Assembly: GCA_964624885.1 (NCBI GenBank) | Contig: CAZUZY010000001.1 | Coordinates: 12,831-76,830 of the forward strand | Direction: 5' to 3' | Source: an uncultured Polyangiales bacterium | GTDB taxonomy: Bacteria; Myxococcota_A; Polyangia; Polyangiales; JADJMO01 | Length of the DNA stretch: 64,000 nucleotides | In this document: one piece after another, positions 19,662 through 28,817 of the stretch | How positions within the stretch are numbered: position 1 is the stretch's first letter | How the letters are laid out: every line of letters starts with the position of its first letter | Notes under the pieces: model-generated | Told to the model about the DNA's origin: nothing | The model's database searches: none | Seen by the model: the letters and a program-made list of their open reading frames with translations, nothing else | Program-made: the position numbers and the translations under genes

Positions 19662-19686
19662 GCTCCGGTCGCGAACGGCCCGACGA

Positions 19687-20412
19687 CTACAGGGACTCGC
19701 CGTTGGTGTAGCCGCCGAGCGCCGCGCGCACCTCACCCTCGCGCAGGATGTACGTCCAGTCGTCCTGCTCCACCTGGTTGTCGAGCAGGAGCCCGAGGTG
19801 CAGGTGGGCCACGCCGCGCGCGACCCCGCTCGTGCCGAGGGGCTCGCCGGCCGCGACGTGACGCTTCTTGCTCGCGCTCTCCTTCTGCTCGAAGGCGAGG
19901 GCCGACAGGTGCGCGTAGTACACGTGGGTGATCGAGCGCCCGTTCTTCCAGGGGACGGGCTTGTCGAGCGTGAGGCGCACGCAGTAGGCGGTGTCGTGCG
20001 GGCCGACCCAGCGGGTGTGGCCCTTCTCCGCATAGTCCACGGTGGCCGCGGCGATCGCGTGGACGGCGCGCGGCTTCGTCACGAGGTCGAGCCCGGTGTC
20101 CCCGGCGTACCCGGCGAACACGGCGCCCGGGATGGGGCTCCGCCAGTGCTTGGCGCGCAGCAGCGGCGACGGGGTGAAGATCGAGACGGGCTCCTCGACG
20201 GGCGCGCTCACCGACGGGGCGACGGAGGGCGAAGTGGACGGCACCGACGAAGGAGCGGGCTCGGACGACGTCACGGCGGAAGGGGCCGACCGCGCGGGCT
20301 TGGCGAGCCACGGCGCGTGGACGTCGGGGAGCGGACCGTAGCGCCAGCCCTCGTTGCTGGAGGCGCAAGCCACGGAGGACGACACGAACGCACAGACGAG
20401 GAGGGCGCGCAT
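19687..20412 (-). CDS. LytM/M23-like peptidase-domain lipoprotein (possibly degenerate active site)
   Basis: Start at MRALLVCAFVSSSVACAS (lipobox), then a Ser/Pro-rich linker. The C-terminal domain has YYAHLSAL...GEPLGTSGVARGVAHLHLGLL (M23 HxH motif). The first HxxxD motif appears as GDTGLD. Confidence 0.6.
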   Translation of the reverse strand: MRALLVCAFVSSSVACASSNEGWRYGPLPDVHAPWLAKPARSAPSAVTSSEPAPSSVPSTSPSVAPSVSAPVEEPVSIFTPSPLLRAKHWRSPIPGAVFAGYAGDTGLDLVTKPRAVHAIAAATVDYAEKGHTRWVGPHDTAYCVRLTLDKPVPWKNGRSITHVYYAHLSALAFEQKESASKKRHVAAGEPLGTSGVARGVAHLHLGLLLDNQVEQDDWTYILREGEVRAALGGYTNGESL

Positions 20413-20467
20413 CGCTGCTCTGACCCACGACCCCCGCGCGCCTTGGGACGTGTATGCTCCCGCGCCC

Positions 20468-23400
20468 ATGCACGGCTTCTTCGTGCACCAGAGCCACCGG
20501 GTCGAGCTGCTCGCCGGAATGCTCGCCGAACGGATCGCCGCGGCCCCGCCGCCCGACCCGATGACGCCGATCACCGTCGTGGTCGGGAGCCGCGGCATGG
20601 AGCGGTGGCTGCGCCATCGGCTCGCGGAGCACCTCGGCGCCTGCGCCAACATCGCCTTCCGGTTCCCGAGCGTGGTCCTCGACGAGGTGCTCGGTCACAG
20701 TCTCGGCGAGTCGAGCGACGTGGGTGAGGGGTGGTCCGTGGAGGCGCTGCCCTTCTCCGTGCTGGCGGCCCTCGACGAGGTGCAGGCCTTGCTGCCGCCG
20801 GCGTTCGGCGTCGAGGGACCGATCGACCGACGGCGGTTCGGCTTCGCGCGTGAGATGGCCAGCGTGATCGATCGGTACGTGCACCAGCGGCCCGACTGGG
20901 TCTCTGCCTGGACAGAGGGTCGGGCCGTGCTCGACCTCGACGGCGAGCCCCTCCAGGCCGCGCTGCTCCGCGCACTCGTGAAGCGCCTCGGGCCCCACCA
21001 CCTCGCCGCCCGCGCCGCGCGCTTCCTCGCGCTCGAGGCGCCCACTTCGCCGTTCCCGGCGCTGCACCTGTTCGGCCTCAGCTCGCTGCCGCGACTGCAC
21101 CTCGAGATCCTGAGCCGCCTCGGGGTGCGCGGGCGGATCGACCTCTACGCGTTCTGCCCCTCCGACCTCTACTGGGGCGATCTCCGCTCACGGCGAGACC
21201 TCGTGCGGATAGCGACCGACGACCGCGACCAGGTGGGCGCCCGCCTGCGTGCCGAGATCTCACGGCAGAACCCCCTCCTCACCGGCCTCGGCCGGCTCTC
21301 GCGCGATTTCCAGCTGGTGCTCGAGGACGTCGGCGGCCACCGCGAGGGCAAGGTCGCCTTCCCGCGCGCGCCCGACACCACGGTGCTCGGCGCCCTGCAG
21401 GCCGACGTGCTCGACCTGCGCGCGCCCGGCGAGCTCGTGCGGAGCCGGGTCGTCGGCGGCGACTCGTTCGCGGTGCACGCCTGCGTGGGGCCCCTCCGCC
21501 AGGTCGAGGCGCTGCGCGAGGCGCTCCTCGCGCTGTTCGAGGACCACCGTCATCTCGAGCCGCGCGACGTGCTCGTGATGACCCCGGACATCGAGCGCTA
21601 CGCACCGCTCGTGCGCGCGGTCCTCGAGGACGGCGAGCGCGCGCCCCCCTACCGCCGGGGCCCGGCGATCCCGGTCGAGATCGTCGACCGCTCGCTCACG
21701 CGACAGAACCCGTTCGCGGACGCCCTCCGCCAGACGCTCGATCTCGCCCGCGGGCGCCTGCACGCAAGCGAGGTGATGGACCTCCTCGCCCTGCCCCCCG
21801 TCGGCGAACGCTTCGGCCTCGCGCCCGAGGAGCTCGCTGACGTGCGCGAGCTGGTGCGCGGTTCGGGGATCCGCTGGGGCCTCGACGCCGAGGACCGGGC
21901 CCGCGAGGACCAGCCGGCGGACCGCGCGTTCACCTTCGCGTTCGGCCTCGACCGACTCGCGCTCGGGGTGACCGCGGCCGACGACGGGCAGTGGCTGTTC
22001 GAGGGGATCGCGCCGTTCGACGCCATCGAGGGCGAACGAGCGTTCCGGTTCGGGGCGCTCGCGGCGTTCGTGGCGGCGCTCGAGGACGCCCGCACCCGCC
22101 TCCGCGCCGCGCGGCCCATGCGCGCCTGGGTCGAGGCGCTCGGTGAGACCCTCGACGCCCTGACCGCCACCCGCCCGGACACCGCGTGGCTCCGCGAGCG
22201 GGTCGTCGAGGAGCTCGCGCTGATCGATCGGCAGAGCGCAGGCCTCGACGCCGCGCTCACCCTCGACGCCGTGGCGCTGGTGCTCGAGGGCGCGTTCGAC
22301 GTGCCCCGCGGCGGCGATCGCCCGATCACGGGCGCGGTGACGGTGTGCGCGCTCGCGCCGATGCGCAGCGTGCCGTTCCAGGTGATCGCGCTGCTCGGCA
22401 TGGACGACGACGCGGGGTTCCCCCGCGCCCGGGCCGCGCAGGGCTTCGACCTCCTGCCGAAGAAGCCCCGCATCGGGGACCGCGATCCGCGCGACGAGGA
22501 CCGTCACCTGCTCCTCGAGGCGATCCTCTCCACGCGCGCGCACTTCCTCGTGTTCTACAGCGGCCGCGACGAACACAGCGGCGAGCGCCGCCCCCCCGCC
22601 GTGCCGATCGCCGAGCTGCTCGACGCGGTCGAGGCCACGTTCCCGGGCGACCCAGGCGCTCGTTCGGCGGTGCTCTTCGAGGAACCGCTGCAGCCGTTCG
22701 CCGTGGAGTCGTTCGCGCCGCCCGCGCGCAGCTTCGACGCCCGCATGCGCGAGGCCGCGCTCGTCCTGGCCTCGCCCCGTGACACGGCGCGCGCCGCGCC
22801 CTTCGGGCCCCCGCTCCCCGCCCTGGTCCCCGCGACGCTCGAGCTCGACCGGCTGATCGCGATGTTCACCGACCCCGCGCGTACGCTCCTCCAGGAGCGG
22901 CTCGGACTCTCGCTGCACGCCATCGACGACGCGCTCGAGGACCGGGAGCCGGTGATGCTCGACGGCCTCGGCAGCTACCAGCTCGGCGAGCGAGTGATCG
23001 CCTGGCTCGAGGCCGGCCGCGATCGCGCGGCGATGCTGGACGAGGCGCGCGGGCGGGGCCTCCTGCCACCGGGGGCACCCGGCGAGCAGGCGCTCGAGGC
23101 CGCGATCGAGACCGCCACCGCGTTGACCGAAGGCGTCCCCACGAGCGCCGAGCGGAGCACCCGCACCGTCGAGCTCGACGTCGGCGGCGTGCGACTCTTC
23201 GGCGTGGTCCGCGACGTCGCGCGGGGCGCGCTGTGGGACGTGCGCTACTCCAGCCTGCAGAAGCCCAAGCGCAACCTGCGCACGTGGATCCGGCTGCTCG
23301 CCCTCGCCGCCTGCCACGAGGAACTCCGACGCGCCGAGCTCGTCGGACGCCAGGGTGGCGAGGTCAAGCGAGGGATGCTGGTCGTCCAGGAGAGCCCCCG

Positions 23401-23722
23401 CGAGGCCCTCGAGGGGCTCGTGTCGCTCTACCTGCAAGGCCTCACACGGCCGCTGCTCTCGTTCCCCGAGACCTCCCACGCCTACGCCAAGGACCTCGGT
23501 CGCCCGGACAAGGCGCTCGCGGCCGCGCTCTCGGCGTGGAACGGCAACGAGTTCGGGCGCGGCGAGGCGCTGGATCCGTGGGTGCAGGCGCTGTTCCCCG
23601 ACGGACCGCCGTTCCTCGACGCGGAAGGTCGCGTGGTGCCCTCCTTCGTCGAGGTCGCCGACCAGGTCTACGGGCCGCTGCTCGACGCCTGGGCCACGCA
23701 CTCGTCGCGAGGGCGGCGTTGA
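20468..23722 (+). CDS. recC: Exodeoxyribonuclease V gamma subunit
   Basis: MHGFFVHQSHRVELLAGMLAERI...PITVVVGSRGMERWLRHRLAE is the canonical RecC N-terminus. 1084 aa. Followed by recB with a 1-nt overlap. Confidence 0.92.
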   Translation: MHGFFVHQSHRVELLAGMLAERIAAAPPPDPMTPITVVVGSRGMERWLRHRLAEHLGACANIAFRFPSVVLDEVLGHSLGESSDVGEGWSVEALPFSVLAALDEVQALLPPAFGVEGPIDRRRFGFAREMASVIDRYVHQRPDWVSAWTEGRAVLDLDGEPLQAALLRALVKRLGPHHLAARAARFLALEAPTSPFPALHLFGLSSLPRLHLEILSRLGVRGRIDLYAFCPSDLYWGDLRSRRDLVRIATDDRDQVGARLRAEISRQNPLLTGLGRLSRDFQLVLEDVGGHREGKVAFPRAPDTTVLGALQADVLDLRAPGELVRSRVVGGDSFAVHACVGPLRQVEALREALLALFEDHRHLEPRDVLVMTPDIERYAPLVRAVLEDGERAPPYRRGPAIPVEIVDRSLTRQNPFADALRQTLDLARGRLHASEVMDLLALPPVGERFGLAPEELADVRELVRGSGIRWGLDAEDRAREDQPADRAFTFAFGLDRLALGVTAADDGQWLFEGIAPFDAIEGERAFRFGALAAFVAALEDARTRLRAARPMRAWVEALGETLDALTATRPDTAWLRERVVEELALIDRQSAGLDAALTLDAVALVLEGAFDVPRGGDRPITGAVTVCALAPMRSVPFQVIALLGMDDDAGFPRARAAQGFDLLPKKPRIGDRDPRDEDRHLLLEAILSTRAHFLVFYSGRDEHSGERRPPAVPIAELLDAVEATFPGDPGARSAVLFEEPLQPFAVESFAPPARSFDARMREAALVLASPRDTARAAPFGPPLPALVPATLELDRLIAMFTDPARTLLQERLGLSLHAIDDALEDREPVMLDGLGSYQLGERVIAWLEAGRDRAAMLDEARGRGLLPPGAPGEQALEAAIETATALTEGVPTSAERSTRTVELDVGGVRLFGVVRDVARGALWDVRYSSLQKPKRNLRTWIRLLALAACHEELRRAELVGRQGGEVKRGMLVVQESPREALEGLVSLYLQGLTRPLLSFPETSHAYAKDLGRPDKALAAALSAWNGNEFGRGEALDPWVQALFPDGPPFLDAEGRVVPSFVEVADQVYGPLLDAWATHSSRGRR

Positions 23723-26700
23723 TGCGCCCGTTCTCTCCGCTCGCGCCGCTGGAGCCCGGGGTCCACCTCGTCGAGGCCAGCGCCGGCACGGGAAAGACCC
23801 ACCAGATCGGCAACCTGTTCGTGCGCCTCGTCGCCGAGCGCGGCCTCCGGGTCGAGGAGATCCTCTGCGTCACGTTCACCCGAGCGGCCACCGCGGAGCT
23901 GCGCGATCGGCTGCGGGCGCGGCTCGGGGGCGCGATCGCCACGCTGGCCGAGCTCCGCGCGCGCTCGGTCGCGGCTCCGTCGTCCGGATCTCCGCCCCGG
24001 GCACCGACCGATCCCGTGCTCGCGGCCCTCGCGACCGGCACCGTCGAGGAGCTCACCACGCGCATCGACCGCCTGGAGCGCGCCCGCGAGGACTTCGACG
24101 CCGCGGCCATCTCGACCATCCACGCGTTCTGTCAGGGCGCGCTGCGCCTGTTCGCCTTCGAGGCCGGCATCGAGATCGACCGCGCCCTCGTCGACGCGAC
24201 GCCGTTGCTCGAGGAGATCGTCGACGACTGGATGGCGAGCACCCTCCACGACCTCGAGCCCGAGGAGGTGGTGCGGGCCAAGGAGCAGTCGGGCATCACC
24301 CGCGACGACCTGCTCGGCCTCGCGCGCGCGCTGGTCGCCGCGGGCGATCCGCTCGTGCGCCCGGACCCGCCGGACGAAGCCACCGCGTTGCGCGTCGAGT
24401 TCTGTCGCTACGTCCAGCGCGAGCTCCCCCGCCGGCTCGAGGCCCGCTCGGCGCTCTCGTTCGACGAGCTCCTGCGCACGCTCGAGGCCCGGCTGCGCGA
24501 CCCACACACGGGCCCAGCGCTCGCGACCGCGCTCCGCGGCCGCTACCGCGCCGCCCTGGTCGACGAGTTCCAGGACACCGACGCCGCCCAGTGGAAGATC
24601 TTCTCCGCGGTGTTCGCGCGCGCCGCGATCCTGTTCCTCATCGGCGACCCGAAGCAGGCCATCTACGCGTTCCGCGGCGCCGACGTGCACGTCTACCGCC
24701 TCGCCGCCGAGACCGCCGACACCCGCGCGACGATGGACGAGAACTTCCGCTCCGACGCCTCGTACGTGCGCGCCGTGAACGCGGTGTTCGAGCGCCCAGG
24801 GGTGTTCGATCTCGACTTCGTCTCCTATGTGCCGGTACGCGCGCACCACCCGGACCGCCTCTCGGGGATGCCCGCGCTGACCCTCGCGTGGGTGGACCGT
24901 CGCTCGTTCGACGCGCGCGAGGAAGGCGAGGCGCAGCTCGACAAGACCACCGCGTGGGCCAAGCTCCCCGAGCTGTGCGCGGCCGAGGTCGTGCGCATCC
25001 TCCACAGCGGCGCCACCCTCGCCGGTCGGCCGGTCGCCCCGCGGGACATCGCCGTGCTGGTGCGCAAGAACCGGCAGGCCAAGGCCGTGCATCGCGCCCT
25101 CCTCGCGCGTGGACTGCCCGCGATCCTCGGGCAGTCGGGCAGCGTGTGTCAGTCCGACGAGGCACGTTCGCTCGAGCGGTTCCTGGTCGCCATGGACACG
25201 CGGGGCCGCGAGCCCGCCGTGCGCGCGCTCGCGCTCACGCCGCTCTTCGGGTGGACGGCCGCCCAGGTGCTGGAGGGCGGCGAGGGGTTCGGCGCGCTCG
25301 TCGCCCGGGTCACGAGCTGGGCCGACGCGATGCCGCGCGAGGGCTTCGCCCGCACGTTCCTGCGAGCCATCGAGGACCAGGGCGCGATCAAGCGGCTCGT
25401 CGCGCTGCCCGACGGCGAGCGACGGGTCACCGACCTGCGCCACCTCGTCGAGCTCCTGCACGCGGCGTCGCTCGAGCGCCACCTCGGCACCTCGGGGCTG
25501 CTCGCCTGGCTCCGCGCGCAGCGGGCCGGCGACGAGGACGACCCCGAGGCCACCCACGTGCGCCTCGAGTCCGACGCCGAGGCGGTCCAGGTCGTGACGC
25601 TGCACGTGAGCAAGGGGCTCCAGTACCCGATCGTGGTGCTGCCTTACCTGTGGGACGCGGCCGCCATCACCCAGCCCGAGCGCAGCCGCCTGCGCTACCA
25701 CGACCCGAGTGGCCGCACGGTCGTCGACGTGCGCACCGGCCGCAAAGCCGGGGACCCAGGGCTCGTCGAGGCGACGCGCGAGGCGCGGCAAGAGGCCCTG
25801 CGCCTCGCCTACGTGGCGCTCACCCGCGCCGAGCACGCCGCGGTGCTGATGACCGGCCCGTTCAAGGGGCTCGAGGGCTCACCGCTCGCGGCGCTGTTGC
25901 ACGGTGACCGCGTGCGCAAGATCGACCGTGTGGAGGCGATCCGCCTGCGCGCCGACCTCGAGGACCTCGCCGAGCGCAGCGAAGGCGCCATCGTGGTGCG
26001 CGACCAGCCGATCGCCGATCGCGCGCGCTACCGAGGCGCGCGCGGCCCGAACCCCGAGCTCGTGGTGCGCACGTTCGCGCGCGAGCGGTTCGACAAGCGC
26101 TGGGGACGCGTGAGCTACACCGCGCTCACGCGGGGCCCGGAGCTGCCCGCCGAGGAGCTCGGCGAGGACTGGGACGGCGCCGACACCGAGGCCGCGATCG
26201 AGGTGGTGGGCCCCGACGTGCCGCTCGCCGGGTTCCCCGCGGGCGCGGAGGCCGGCAAGCTCGTGCACAAGGTCCTCGAGCACCTCGAGTTCCGGTCGCT
26301 CCGGGAGCGGATGGCGCCGCACCGCGACCTCGCAGGCCTCGTGGCCCACCACGGGCGCATGGCAGGGCTCGGCGACGAGGAAGCCTGGGCGCTGCTCGCG
26401 CGCGAGCTCCCCACGGTGCTCGCGACCCCACTCGGACCGCTCGGCACGAGCCTCGCCGCGGTGACCGAGACCGACCGCCTCGACGAGCTGCGCTTCGATC
26501 TGCCGGTCGCGGGTGGCGACGCGTTCCACAGCGAGGCCGCCGCCGCCGACGGTCGGCGCCTCCTCGCGCCGATGCTCGCGCGCGAGGAGCTCGGGGCCTA
26601 CCGCACCGCGCTCGAGCGCCTCGACATCCACCGCCTCGCCGGGTTCCTCACCGGCAGCATCGACCTCGTGCTGCGCGTCGACGGCCGCTACTACGTGGTG

Positions 26701-27024
26701 GACTACAAGACCAACCGCCTCGGCACCCGCAAGGACGGCGTGCTGCGCTCCACGGTGGGCCACTACGCGCCGGCCGGGATGCGCGGCGAGATGGAGAAGC
26801 ACCACTACCACCTGCAAGCGCACCTCTACCTCGTGGCGCTGCACCGCTGGCTCGCGACGCGGGTGCCCGACTACCGCTACGAGCGCCACGTGGGCGGCGC
26901 GCTCTACCTGTTCCTGCGCGGCATGGTCGGCCCGGCGACGAAGGAGGGCCACGGCGTGTTCTTCGACGCGCCCTCCGCCGCGACGATCGAGGCCATGTCC
27001 CGCGCGCTCGAGGCAGTGCCGTGA
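23722..27024 (+). CDS. recB: Exodeoxyribonuclease V beta subunit (helicase-nuclease)
   Basis: ATG at 23722 overlaps the recC stop (TGATG). UvrD-type Walker A EASAGTGKTH, plus ALVDEFQDTD. C-terminal PD-(D/E)XK nuclease GSIDLVLRVDGRYYVVDYKTN. Confidence 0.93.
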   Translation: MRPFSPLAPLEPGVHLVEASAGTGKTHQIGNLFVRLVAERGLRVEEILCVTFTRAATAELRDRLRARLGGAIATLAELRARSVAAPSSGSPPRAPTDPVLAALATGTVEELTTRIDRLERAREDFDAAAISTIHAFCQGALRLFAFEAGIEIDRALVDATPLLEEIVDDWMASTLHDLEPEEVVRAKEQSGITRDDLLGLARALVAAGDPLVRPDPPDEATALRVEFCRYVQRELPRRLEARSALSFDELLRTLEARLRDPHTGPALATALRGRYRAALVDEFQDTDAAQWKIFSAVFARAAILFLIGDPKQAIYAFRGADVHVYRLAAETADTRATMDENFRSDASYVRAVNAVFERPGVFDLDFVSYVPVRAHHPDRLSGMPALTLAWVDRRSFDAREEGEAQLDKTTAWAKLPELCAAEVVRILHSGATLAGRPVAPRDIAVLVRKNRQAKAVHRALLARGLPAILGQSGSVCQSDEARSLERFLVAMDTRGREPAVRALALTPLFGWTAAQVLEGGEGFGALVARVTSWADAMPREGFARTFLRAIEDQGAIKRLVALPDGERRVTDLRHLVELLHAASLERHLGTSGLLAWLRAQRAGDEDDPEATHVRLESDAEAVQVVTLHVSKGLQYPIVVLPYLWDAAAITQPERSRLRYHDPSGRTVVDVRTGRKAGDPGLVEATREARQEALRLAYVALTRAEHAAVLMTGPFKGLEGSPLAALLHGDRVRKIDRVEAIRLRADLEDLAERSEGAIVVRDQPIADRARYRGARGPNPELVVRTFARERFDKRWGRVSYTALTRGPELPAEELGEDWDGADTEAAIEVVGPDVPLAGFPAGAEAGKLVHKVLEHLEFRSLRERMAPHRDLAGLVAHHGRMAGLGDEEAWALLARELPTVLATPLGPLGTSLAAVTETDRLDELRFDLPVAGGDAFHSEAAAADGRRLLAPMLAREELGAYRTALERLDIHRLAGFLTGSIDLVLRVDGRYYVVDYKTNRLGTRKDGVLRSTVGHYAPAGMRGEMEKHHYHLQAHLYLVALHRWLATRVPDYRYERHVGGALYLFLRGMVGPATKEGHGVFFDAPSAATIEAMSRALEAVP

Positions 27025-28817
27025 CGCTCCGGGTCCGGGCGAAGAGCTTCGTCGCGGCGGGCGTGCTCGGCCCGCTCGAGGTGCACGTGGTCGAGCGGCT
27101 GGCCGCGGCCGTCGGCCTCGACGACGACGACGTGCAGCTCGGCCTCGCCTTCGCGGTGCGCGCGCCGCGGGTCGGGCACGTCGGCGTGGATCTGACCACG
27201 GTCGCGGTGGACAGCGAGGTGCCGCTCGCGTGGCCGGCCGACCGCGCCGCGTGGCACGCGCGCACCGCCGCCTGTCCGCTGGTCGGCGACGGCCGGCCGT
27301 TCGTGCACGTGGGCGGGCTGGTCGTCACGCGGCGCTATCACGCCTACCAGGCGCGGATCGCCGAGGCGTTCGTCGCGCGCGCCAAGACCACGAGGGTCCC
27401 CGACGCGGCTCTGCTCCACAAGCAGCTCGACCAGCTGTTCGGCCCGCCGCCCGGGGGCGAGCCCGATCTGCAGCGCCTCGCCGCGCTCGTCGCCCTGCTG
27501 CGCCCACTCACGGTGATCTCGGGCGGCCCGGGCACCGGCAAGACCTACACGGTCAAGAAGCTGCTCGCCCTGCTCGAGACCCGCTACTTCGCGGAGACAG
27601 GGCGCGAGCCGCGTGTCGCGCTCGCGGCACCCACGGGCAAGGCCGCGGCACGCATGAAGCAGGCCCTCGGCGAGGGCCTCGAGAAGCTGAAGCCACCGCG
27701 GGTGCGCGCGTTCCTCCGCCAGCAGACCCCCGTCACCCTGCACCGGCTGCTCGGGTGGGACCCGCGCAACCCCACGCGGTTCCGCCACGACGCCGCGCAC
27801 CCGCTGCCCCACGAGATCGTGGTGGTCGACGAGGCCTCGATGATCGACCTCGCGATGCTCGCCAAGCTGGTCGACGCGGTGCGCCCCGACGCGCGCCTGA
27901 TCCTCCTCGGCGACCGCCACCAGCTCGCCAGCGTCGAGGCCGGATCGGCGCTCGCCGACCTCGTGAGCGGGACCGGGCCACGCGGCATGCGCCTGCCGAC
28001 GGAGCTCGCCGCGCGCATCCGCGAGATCGACGACATGTTCGCCGTGATCGGGCTCGAGGACGCGACGGCGCCGCCGTTCGCGGGCGGCCTCGTGCAGCTG
28101 TCGCGGCCCTATCGGTTCGGCGCCAGCACCGGCGTCGGGCAGCTCGCCCACGCCATCGGGCGTGGCGACACGGCGGAGGCGCTGCGGCTGCTGCACGATC
28201 CTGCCATGACGGACGTGAGCCTCGGGCGCGCGGACGAGGCCAGCGTCGGCGCGGCCCTGCGCGCGGGGTATCGGCCGTTCCTCGAGGCGGCCACGCGCGG
28301 CGCGGAGCCGCGGGTGGTGCTGGAAGCGTTCGAGCGGTTCCGCGTGCTCTCGGCGCACCGCAAGGGCCGGCGCGGGGTCGAGGGCCTGCGCGAGCTCGCG
28401 GGCCGCGTGCTCTACGACGAGTTCCCCGAGGCGCGCGGCACGCGGCCGGTGCTGGTCACCGAGAACGCGCCGGAGGTGAGCCGGTGGAACGGCGACATCG
28501 GCGTGGTGCTCGGCGAGCGCGCGTATTTCCTCGGTGGCGAGGAGGTGGAGCGCCTCGAGGCCTCGCGCCTGCCGCCGCACGAGGCGCCGTTCGCCATGAC
28601 GGTGCACAAGGCGCAGGGCTCCCAGGTGGACGACGTGGTGCTGGTGCTGCCAGAGCGGCCTTCGTCGATCCTGACCCGCGAGCTGATCTACACGGCGGTC
28701 ACCCGCGCGCGCGTCTCGGTGCGCATCCTCGGCGACGAGGCGGTGCTGCGGGCGGCGCTCGCGCGCACGATCGAGCGCGCCTCGGCGCTGCCGGCGCTGT
28801 TGTGGGGGGTCACTTGA
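27021..28817 (+). CDS. recD: Exodeoxyribonuclease V alpha subunit
   Basis: GTG start overlaps the recB stop. SF1 helicase motifs ISGGPGTGKTYTV, VVVDEASMID, LILLGDRHQLASVEAGS and MTVHKAQGSQ. Confidence 0.93.
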   Translation: MTLRVRAKSFVAAGVLGPLEVHVVERLAAAVGLDDDDVQLGLAFAVRAPRVGHVGVDLTTVAVDSEVPLAWPADRAAWHARTAACPLVGDGRPFVHVGGLVVTRRYHAYQARIAEAFVARAKTTRVPDAALLHKQLDQLFGPPPGGEPDLQRLAALVALLRPLTVISGGPGTGKTYTVKKLLALLETRYFAETGREPRVALAAPTGKAAARMKQALGEGLEKLKPPRVRAFLRQQTPVTLHRLLGWDPRNPTRFRHDAAHPLPHEIVVVDEASMIDLAMLAKLVDAVRPDARLILLGDRHQLASVEAGSALADLVSGTGPRGMRLPTELAARIREIDDMFAVIGLEDATAPPFAGGLVQLSRPYRFGASTGVGQLAHAIGRGDTAEALRLLHDPAMTDVSLGRADEASVGAALRAGYRPFLEAATRGAEPRVVLEAFERFRVLSAHRKGRRGVEGLRELAGRVLYDEFPEARGTRPVLVTENAPEVSRWNGDIGVVLGERAYFLGGEEVERLEASRLPPHEAPFAMTVHKAQGSQVDDVVLVLPERPSSILTRELIYTAVTRARVSVRILGDEAVLRAALARTIERASALPALLWGVT

